Shown: positions 10,501 to 15,136 of the stretch, in pieces
Numbering within the stretch: position 1 is the stretch's first letter
Layout of the letters: each line of letters begins with the position of its first letter
NCBI GenBank assembly: GCA_040007815.1
Contig: JBDTUH010000006.1
Coordinates: 267,207 to 299,206 of the forward strand
Reading direction: 5' to 3'
Source of the DNA: Chitinophagaceae bacterium
Lineage (GTDB): Bacteria; Bacteroidota; Bacteroidia; Chitinophagales; Chitinophagaceae
Length of the DNA stretch: 32,000 bases
Program-made: the position numbers and the translations under genes
The notes under the pieces: generated by a model
What the model was told of the DNA's origin: nothing
Databases searched by the model: none
The model's input: only the letters and a program-made list of their open reading frames with translations

Positions 10501-13500
10501 CGGACTTTATTGGGACCGAGGGAACCAAAAGGATTCCGCAAACATGTTATTGAAACCGGTGAAATGCTTTTGAACAATGAAGGTGTAGAAGAAGCCTCCC
10601 GCCAATATGATAATGAAGTGCTCATCGGTGAAATGGCTTTGTCACAGATATTCTTCCCATTAGTAGCGAGTGGAAAAGTGAATGGCATTATCAGCCTGCA
10701 GAATCTCGATCATGAACATGCTTTCTCTGATTCTGATGTTAGCCTGATCACCACTCTTGCTAATAGCATGAGCGTGGCCCTTGAAAGTGCGAGACTGTTT
10801 GATGAAACAAATCGCTTACTAAAAGAAACCGAGCAGCGTAATGATGAGCTGGCTGTTATCAACAGTGTACAGGAAAATTTGGTAGCAAAAATGGATGAGC
10901 AGGGTATTTATGAATTAGTTGGTGAAAAGATTCGCGCAGTCTTCAACGCGCAGGTCATTGACATTGTTACCTACAACAAAACGGATAATCAAATTGAAGA
11001 CAAATATTCTTATGAAAAAGGAGACAGAACTCTATTAGGTCCAAGAATGCCTAAAGGGTTTAGAAAACATGTTATCAGTTCGGGTCGTTCATTGAAAATT
11101 GACAGGGATGTAGAAAAACAAAGATTGGTATATGACAACACGGTTATTTTCGGTGATGCTGCAAAGTCATTGGTCATGGTTCCGATGTTTGCGGATAATG
11201 AAGTAATAGGTGTTATCAGTCTTCAAAACCTCGATAAAGAGAATGCTTTTTCCGATTCTGATGTAAGCCTGCTTTCTACACTCGTCAACAGTATGAGTAT
11301 CGCATTAAAGAGTGCCCGCCTGTTTGATGAAACCAATCGCCTGTTGAAAGAAACAGAACAACGTAAAGCGGAACTGGCGGTAATCAACAATGTACAGGAA
11401 GGGCTGGTAAAAGAATTCAAGTCTAAAGCTATTTATGAATTGGTAGGCGAAAAGCTTTGTGAATTATTTGATACGCAAACCGTATTGATCAGAACATTCG
11501 AGCATGAAACGGGTCTTGAAACATGGCGATATGCAATAGAAAAAGGCCAGCGCCAATACAGTGAACCGAGACCGATGATCTGGGCGAACAAACAATTGAT
11601 ACAAACCCACAAGCCGATTATCATAAACGAAAACTACCTCGAAACAGCGAAAAAATATGGCGGCAGCGGTGTAAGTATTGGCCAACCTCCTAAATCCGCT
11701 GTATTCGTGCCGATGACGGTTGGTGATGTAGTAAGAGGTTCTGTTAGTTTACAAAATGTAGATAAAGAACATGCTTTCAGCGAATCAGAATTAAGTTTAT
11801 TAACTACGCTTACAAGCAGCATGGGAGTAGCGCTGGAGAATGCCCGCCTGTTCGATGAAACCGCGCGGCTCCTTGATGAAACAAAACAAAGAGCAACCGA
11901 GTTAAGCACCGTCAATAATATCAGCCAGACATTAGCCTCGCAGGTTAATCCTGAGGATCTGATAAAACTGGTGGGAGATCAATTGAGAGATCTTTTCAAA
12001 GCAAACGTTGTATACCTTGCCCTGCTTGATCCTGAAACCAAGATCATTTATTTCCCTTATCAGCATGGAGATGATCTTACTCCCATGAAATTGGGTGAGG
12101 GTTTAACCTCGCAGGTATTACTTACCGGAAAATCACTTTTAATTAATAAAGATGTAGATGAACAAACGATCCGTTTGGGTGTCCAGCGATTGGGTGTTCC
12201 TGCCGCCTCTTACCTGGGTGTGCCTATCCCTGTAGGCGATGAGATCATTGGCGTATTAAGCGTTCAAAGCACGGAAAGTGAAAATCGCTTTAATGAAAAC
12301 GACGAACGTCTTTTGTCTACTATCGCGGCTTCGGTGGGTGTAGCTCTGAGAAAAGCACAGCTATTTGAAGAAGTGATACAGGCAAAACAGCAGGCGGAAG
12401 AAGCGAGTAAAACAGCCGATAAAGCCAACCAGGCCAAAAGTGCTTTTCTTTCTACTGTCAGTCATGAGTTAAGAACACCGCTTACGTCTGTATTGGGATT
12501 CGCCAAGATCATTAAAAAAAGATTGGAAGAAAAAATATTTCCGGTAACCAATATAAGTGATCCTAAAATTGAAAAAACGGTTCACCAGATATCGGAAAAT
12601 CTTAACGTGGTTATCTCTGAAGGAGAACGATTAACCAACCTGATCAACGAAGTATTAGATCTTGCTAAGATAGAAGCGGGTAAGATGGAATGGAATATGG
12701 AAACTGTATCCATAAAGGAAGTAGCTGACAGAGCCTTCTCCGCCACTTCTTCGTTATTTGATCAGAAAAATTTAGCGCTCAAAACCAACGTGCCGGAAAA
12801 CCTGCCGATGGTGGTAGGTGATCGTGATAAGTTGATACAAGTGATGGTCAACCTGATCTCCAATGCCGTCAAGTTTACGCCGGCAGGCACTATTACCTGC
12901 ACCATCACACGCAAAAGAAACGAGATCATTACCGGCATTACGGATACAGGTATTGGTATAGCGCCTGCCGATCATGAAGCTGTTTTTGAGCAGTTCAAAC
13001 AAGTAGTGGGGGATACATTGACTGACAAACCCAAAGGCACCGGATTAGGTCTTCCTATTTGTAAAGAAATTGTTGAACATCATAATGGCCGCATCTGGTT
13101 GGAAAGTGAATTAGGAAAAGGAAGTACTTTCTTTTTCGCTCTTCCTGTACAAAAAACGGGTGCGGCTTCGGGAGTATCCAAGCCCATTCACCTGAATGAC
13201 CTGGTAAAACAATTGAAAGAACAAATGGCGCAGTCCAGCCTGAACATGAAAGGAAAGAACGCTACTATATTGATTGTGGATGATGATGACTCTATCCGTT
13301 CTCTGCTTGACCAGGAGTTGGGTGATGCCGGCTATATCATCGAACAAGCAACCAATGGAAAAGAAGCCCTGGCAAGTGTCCGTAATCATAAGCCGGATCT
13401 TATCATTCTTGATGTGATGATGCCGGAGATGAATGGGTTTGATGTAGCGGCCATCTTGAAGAACGATCCTCAAACCATGGACATACCCATCATTGTATTA

Positions 13501-13860
13501 TCCATTGTACAGGATAAAGCCAGGGGATTCCGTATTGGCGTTGATCGATATCTCACCAAACCTATTGATACCGCGCAATTATTTACGGAAGTAGGCAGCT
13601 TATTGGAGCAAGGCAAGTCCAAGAAAAAAGTAATGGTGGTGGATGAAGATAAAACCGCAGTCGGCACATTAACTGACATACTGCAGGCAAAGGGTTACCA
13701 GGTGGTTGAATCGGATGGAAAGGAAATGGTTGAAAAAGCTATACTAAACCAACCGGATATCATTATCCTGAGCTCTGTGTTGTCAGAGCAGCATGAAATG
13801 GTTCAGTCATTGCGTTTTGAAAAAGGACTGGAAAATGTGTTGTTCCTGATTTATCAATAG
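5233..13860 (+). CDS. Giant hybrid sensor histidine kinase (2875 aa): signal peptide, periplasmic propeller + Y_Y_Y, TM, 9x GAF, HisKA-HATPase_c, REC, truncated pseudo-REC
   Basis: A single uninterrupted 8628-nt ORF. The domain motifs are listed in the sub-features below. Confidence 0.92.
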   Translation: MRDSHSFKLQKRFAGICCIYCSLFFLLSVSVQAQNNLETGLPFITNYLAKNYKAIPQTWCIQQDDRGIMYFGTQNYILEFDGVKWRKIAPVNITPTTIFRSLVRYKDGVIYYGSYGDLGYLDKDSLGQTRTQSLLEIIPAANRNFLDVWTTYAADKDIYFQSREYIFRLGEKKSDGKRDVKVWKPASKFMYAFYVDGDYYVHQQGLGLYKMTNDSLVLVPGSEFLGKERMQILLPFTAGINGEKQWLVGMFYSGLYIYNGKTFRPFPTGADAIIKSGTLLYKGVKLKNGNYALSTTGRGLVIIDSVGKQVQKINRDVGLQDESIYSIYEDNKATLWLALDNGISRVETASPLTQFTLQSGINTGVLSIQRFNGTIYLGTSNGLLAYDNTTSRFEPVPGISQNQIFAIVPDGDELLVSADGLFGIKNKKAFTIRPSVSGDLSLTSLYISKKHPEILLGGGQFGVVIFTKEKSTGKWHFEGDIPGIPEQIWSLTENKDGSIWAGSANGITYRLTLAFNENGSLVPGKTIVKEFGPAQGFKGAGFASSIKETSYFVADSALYTFDENKNEFVPDTTFGKFVKGGAAVEFWMADDPQGRVWMRIGKETVLLVPKPGGGYEAQNNRLNSLADYNVGTLYPEKNGILWICTTDGLIRYDENLEKNEDPSFKTILRHISAGKTILTTDSTDSKKTLSYNNNSLRFEYAAPFFYQENKTQYQTWLEGFDKSWSELDNNYYKEYTNLPVGKYRFHVRAVNIYGNQGEEAVYSFEVLPPWYLTWWAFLLYALAVAAIIYFLVRWRTRQLHEKHRELEKTVATRTSELSHRVEELAVINSVQEGLVKEMGIQDIYDLVGEKIRTIFNAQVIDIVTYDPKTNLMEDRYAYEKGDRTLLGARAPQGFRKYVIESKQVQVINEGIQKRMQEFDNKVLLGEQSKSVLFVPLITGGEVRGIISLQDIDKEHAFSDSDVSLLTTLANSMSVALESARRFDETNRLLKETEQRNAELAVINSVQDGLVREMDIQGIYYLVGEKIREIFDAQVIDIVTYDRKTNLIDDKYAYEKGDRTLLDPREPKGFRKHIIETCEQLVINENAEEIGKQYDNQVMVGEQPKSLVMVPMITAGQVTGIISLQNVDHDNAFSDSNVRLINTLANSMSIALESARLFDETKRLLKETEQRNAELAVINSVQDGLVREMNIQGIYDLVGEKIREIFDAQVIDIVTYDRKTNMIEDRYSYEKGDRTLLGNREPKGFRKDVIDSLQPIVVNEGLEKHFDVNNPIVVGDFPKSVVFVPMVVAGEIKGVISLQNIDHEHAFTDSDVSLLTTLANSMSVALESARLFDETNRLLKETEQRNAELAVINSVQESLVAQMDMQGIYELVGEKMRNIFNAQVIDIVMYDRNTNLIEDKYSYEKGDRTLVKPREPKGFRKHVIETGEMLLHNENVEAISKQFDNEVLIGEMAKAQIFFPLIASGKVNGIISLQNLDHENAFSESDVSLITTLANSMSVALESARLFDETNRLLKETEQRNAELAVINSVQDGLVREMDIQGIYYLVGEKIREIFDAQVIDIVTYDRKTNRIEDKYSYEKGDRTLVGAREPSGFRKHIIETGEQLVINEDAEKVGEKYGNRVMVGEVPKSLVLVPMITAGQVSGIISLQNVDHEHAFTDSNVRLINTLATSMSIALESARLFDETKRLLKETEQRNAELGVINSVQEGLVREMDIQGIYELVGEKIREIFNAQVIDIVTYDRTTNLIEDKYAFEKGDRTLLGPREPKGFRKHVIETGEMLLNNEGVEEASRQYDNEVLIGEMALSQIFFPLVASGKVNGIISLQNLDHEHAFSDSDVSLITTLANSMSVALESARLFDETNRLLKETEQRNDELAVINSVQENLVAKMDEQGIYELVGEKIRAVFNAQVIDIVTYNKTDNQIEDKYSYEKGDRTLLGPRMPKGFRKHVISSGRSLKIDRDVEKQRLVYDNTVIFGDAAKSLVMVPMFADNEVIGVISLQNLDKENAFSDSDVSLLSTLVNSMSIALKSARLFDETNRLLKETEQRKAELAVINNVQEGLVKEFKSKAIYELVGEKLCELFDTQTVLIRTFEHETGLETWRYAIEKGQRQYSEPRPMIWANKQLIQTHKPIIINENYLETAKKYGGSGVSIGQPPKSAVFVPMTVGDVVRGSVSLQNVDKEHAFSESELSLLTTLTSSMGVALENARLFDETARLLDETKQRATELSTVNNISQTLASQVNPEDLIKLVGDQLRDLFKANVVYLALLDPETKIIYFPYQHGDDLTPMKLGEGLTSQVLLTGKSLLINKDVDEQTIRLGVQRLGVPAASYLGVPIPVGDEIIGVLSVQSTESENRFNENDERLLSTIAASVGVALRKAQLFEEVIQAKQQAEEASKTADKANQAKSAFLSTVSHELRTPLTSVLGFAKIIKKRLEEKIFPVTNISDPKIEKTVHQISENLNVVISEGERLTNLINEVLDLAKIEAGKMEWNMETVSIKEVADRAFSATSSLFDQKNLALKTNVPENLPMVVGDRDKLIQVMVNLISNAVKFTPAGTITCTITRKRNEIITGITDTGIGIAPADHEAVFEQFKQVVGDTLTDKPKGTGLGLPICKEIVEHHNGRIWLESELGKGSTFFFALPVQKTGAASGVSKPIHLNDLVKQLKEQMAQSSLNMKGKNATILIVDDDDSIRSLLDQELGDAGYIIEQATNGKEALASVRNHKPDLIILDVMMPEMNGFDVAAILKNDPQTMDIPIIVLSIVQDKARGFRIGVDRYLTKPIDTAQLFTEVGSLLEQGKSKKKVMVVDEDKTAVGTLTDILQAKGYQVVESDGKEMVEKAILNQPDIIILSSVLSEQHEMVQSLRFEKGLENVLFLIYQ
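7552..7608 (+). other. Single transmembrane helix of the kinase
   Basis: 'WWAFLLYALAVAAIIYFLV' is followed by a basic stretch, 'RWRTRQLHEKHR'. Confidence 0.8.
7696..12408 (+). repeat. In-frame tandem array of nine GAF-domain coding units (174-176 codons each)
   Basis: Unit starts, anchored on the (A/E/D/T)EL(A/G/S)V(I/V)N codons, are 7696, 8221, 8746, 9268, 9793, 10318, 10843, 11368 and 11896, with the array ending at 12408. Each unit reads '..ELAVINSVQ.GLV.EM..QGIY.LVGEKIR.IF.AQVIDIVTYD..TN.IED.Y.YEKGDRTL...R.P.GFRK.VI....(variable ~30 aa)..PKS....P........G.ISLQN.D.E.AF.DSDV.L..TLANSMS.ALESARLFDETNRLLKETEQRN'. Units 8 and 9 are progressively more divergent. Confidence 0.9.
12409..13152 (+). 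other. HisKA dimerisation/phosphoacceptor plus HATPase_c catalytic core
   Basis: H-box 'FLSTVSHELRTPL' (His codon 12463-12465). N-box 'LISNAVKFTP'. G1 'DTGIGIAPADHEAVFEQF'. G2 'GTGLGLPICKEIVEHHNGRIWLESELGKGSTFFFALP'. Confidence 0.9.
13261..13608 (+). other. Receiver domain 1 (apparently intact)
   Basis: 'ILIVDDDD' acidic pocket, 'LIILDVMMPEMNG' (acceptor Asp codon 13411-13413), 'IIVLS' and 'YLTKP' (conserved Lys). Confidence 0.85.
13621..13857 (+). other. Receiver domain 2: degenerate and truncated pseudo-receiver
   Basis: 'VMVVDEDK' and 'PDIIILSSVL' align with REC1, but Ser replaces the acceptor Asp. The ORF stops right after the beta4-equivalent 'VLFLIYQ', so the Thr/Ser, the conserved Lys and alpha4-beta5-alpha5 are absent. 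Confidence 0.7.
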
Positions 13861-13940
13861 TATTTCCGAATGACGAATTATCAATTAATACAATCAAATG
13901 AAATTTAACAAAATAAACAGCAAAAAACAGTTTTTAAGAA

Positions 13941-13958
13941 TGTCACCCCTTCGGGGTT
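13941..13958 (+). repeat. REP-type hairpin TGTCACCCCTTCGGGGTT
   Basis: The 5-bp stem ACCCC/GGGGT has a TTC loop. An exact 18-nt inverted copy lies at 14067-14084. Confidence 0.85.
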
Positions 13959-13995
13959 TATAGCAATATTATGATAGCTTTTCTATATTAATATC

Positions 13996-14120
13996 ATCCC
14001 TTCGGGATTATGAACAAGCCTGAAAGGCTGACATTACTATAGCTTAAGTGTCAATTAGCGCATCGAAACCCCGAAGGGGTGACAAAATACTCCTTATGAA
14101 ACAACACAGCCGTATGGCTG
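13996..14120. repeat. Three further short hairpins between and after the REP pair
   Basis: ATCCC-TTC-GGGAT (13996-14008), AGCCT-GAA-AGGCT (14017-14029) and CAGCC-GTAT-GGCTG (14107-14120). All were read directly from the sequence. Confidence 0.6.
14067..14084 (-). repeat. REP-type hairpin, an inverted exact copy of 13941-13958
   Basis: The plus strand reads AACCCCGAAGGGGTGACA, whose reverse complement is TGTCACCCCTTCGGGGTT. Confidence 0.85.
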
Positions 14121-14223
14121 CAATTAAAACAGAATGCAAAAATTAAATGATTAAAACTCCTGCATGCAATGAGAAAACCGGTTAAACGCCTAAGAGATGA
14201 TATGTTAAAAAATTAAACAAATT

Positions 14224-14682
14224 ATGCCAGGCACGTTTTCTCAAATATATATTCAAATCGTTTTTGCTGTAAAAGGCAGGCAAAACTTCCTTTTGCCCTC
14301 TTTTGAACAGGATGTTTATAAATATATGTTTGGTATTATTAAGGAGAAAAAAAAACCTCTTGCAGTAAATGGTATGCCAGATCATATTCACGTTTTAGTC
14401 GGGTTAAAACCCGCTATGTGCATTTCGGATCTGGTTCGAGACATAAAAAACAATTCAACAAATTTTATAAATAGAAAAAATTGGCTGAAACAAGATTTCT
14501 CCTGGCAGGAAGACTATGGCGCATTTTCTTATTCACAATCAAACTTTGGGCACGTGATTGATTATATCAAAAACCAAAAGAAACATCACCAAAAGTTTTC
14601 TTTCAAAAAAGAATATTTTTCCCTTTTAAAGAAATTTGAAATCACTTTTGAAGAAAAATATTTGTTTGAATTTTATGACTAG
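14224..14682 (+). CDS. IS200/IS605-family Y1 (HUH) transposase, RAYT-like (152 aa)
   Basis: HUH motif in 'PDHIHVLVGL'. C-terminal 'FSWQEDYGAFSYSQS....VIDYIKNQKKHH' is the catalytic-Tyr block typical of COG1943/REP-associated tyrosine transposases. The N-terminus 'YIQIVFAVKGRQ' is also typical. Confidence 0.88.
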   Translation: MPGTFSQIYIQIVFAVKGRQNFLLPSFEQDVYKYMFGIIKEKKKPLAVNGMPDHIHVLVGLKPAMCISDLVRDIKNNSTNFINRKNWLKQDFSWQEDYGAFSYSQSNFGHVIDYIKNQKKHHQKFSFKKEYFSLLKKFEITFEEKYLFEFYD

Positions 14683-14739
14683 CGTGATGGCATCCCTTCA
14701 GGGTTTTAATTGAAAATTAATGGATACAAAAATTATAAA

Positions 14740-15117
14740 ATGGAACAAAAGATTTTAATTGTAGATGATGAAGCGCATATCCGTATGCTGATAGAACAAA
14801 CCCTGGAAGAGCTGGAAGACGAAGGAGTGGAATTTTTAACGGCGGAGAATGGAGAAATAGCTTTGGCGATCATCCAGGAAGAGCAGCCACAGCTCGTGTT
14901 TTTGGATGTGATGATGCCGAAGATGAACGGTATGGATGTTTGCAAACGGGTAAAAAAAGAATTAGGACTTACCAATGTTTATATCGCATTACTCACAGCA
15001 AAGGGGCAGGAACTTGACCGGCAAAAAGGACAGGAAGTGGGTGCGGATATTTATATGACCAAGCCGTTTGATCCCGAAGTGATACTACGGAAAGCAAGAG
15101 AGGTACTGGGGCTCTGA
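14740..15117 (+). CDS. Single-domain CheY-like response regulator
   Basis: 'ILIVDDE', 'LVFLDVMMPKMNG', 'ALLTAKG' and 'IYMTKPF' give all the canonical receiver residues. I prefer ATG 14740 over the TTG at 14710 listed in the track. Confidence 0.88.
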   Translation: MEQKILIVDDEAHIRMLIEQTLEELEDEGVEFLTAENGEIALAIIQEEQPQLVFLDVMMPKMNGMDVCKRVKKELGLTNVYIALLTAKGQELDRQKGQEVGADIYMTKPFDPEVILRKAREVLGL

Positions 15118-15136
15118 CAGATCAGTATAAAATCAC

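Larger units (their letters stand above)
13941..14706 (+). mobile_element. REP-hairpin cluster plus Y1/HUH transposase gene (a RAYT-REP unit, or alternatively a ~0.77-kb IS200-like element)
   Basis: A transposase ORF is flanked by short GC-stem hairpins: several upstream (13941-14120) and one downstream (14692-14705). The segment is visibly more AT-rich than its neighbours. Confidence 0.7.

Noticed and set aside
7965-11915. Numerous 60-100 aa minus-strand ORFs inside the kinase gene (e.g. 9333-9641 and 10383-10688, both starting 'M(M)PFTFPLA')
   Set aside because: They recur only because the sense-strand GAF units repeat. They lie antisense to a strongly conserved 8.6-kb ORF, are Ser/Pro/Thr/Cys-rich and low in complexity, and have no independent signals.
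7696-12408. Regular ~522-528 bp periodicity that could be mistaken for a CRISPR-like or satellite array
   Set aside because: The period is far too long, there is no repeat/spacer alternation, and the whole array is in-frame coding sequence with protein-level conservation.
7696-12408. Cyanobacteriochrome/phytochrome-like multi-GAF photoreceptor
   Set aside because: No Cys is conserved across the units (only isolated Cys residues in units 2 and 8). There is no DXCF or Cys-His chromophore-attachment motif, so bilin binding is unsupported.
7696-12408. Diversity-generating retroelement targeting the variable ~30-aa segment of each GAF
   Set aside because: The window contains no reverse transcriptase, no template repeat and no adenine-specific mutation pattern. 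The variation is accompanied by ordinary synonymous divergence.
14710-14739. TTG start for the response regulator
   Set aside because: ATG at 14740 gives the standard 'M..KILIVDDE' receiver N-terminus. The 10 extra codons are AT-rich linker-like sequence abutting the REP hairpin.
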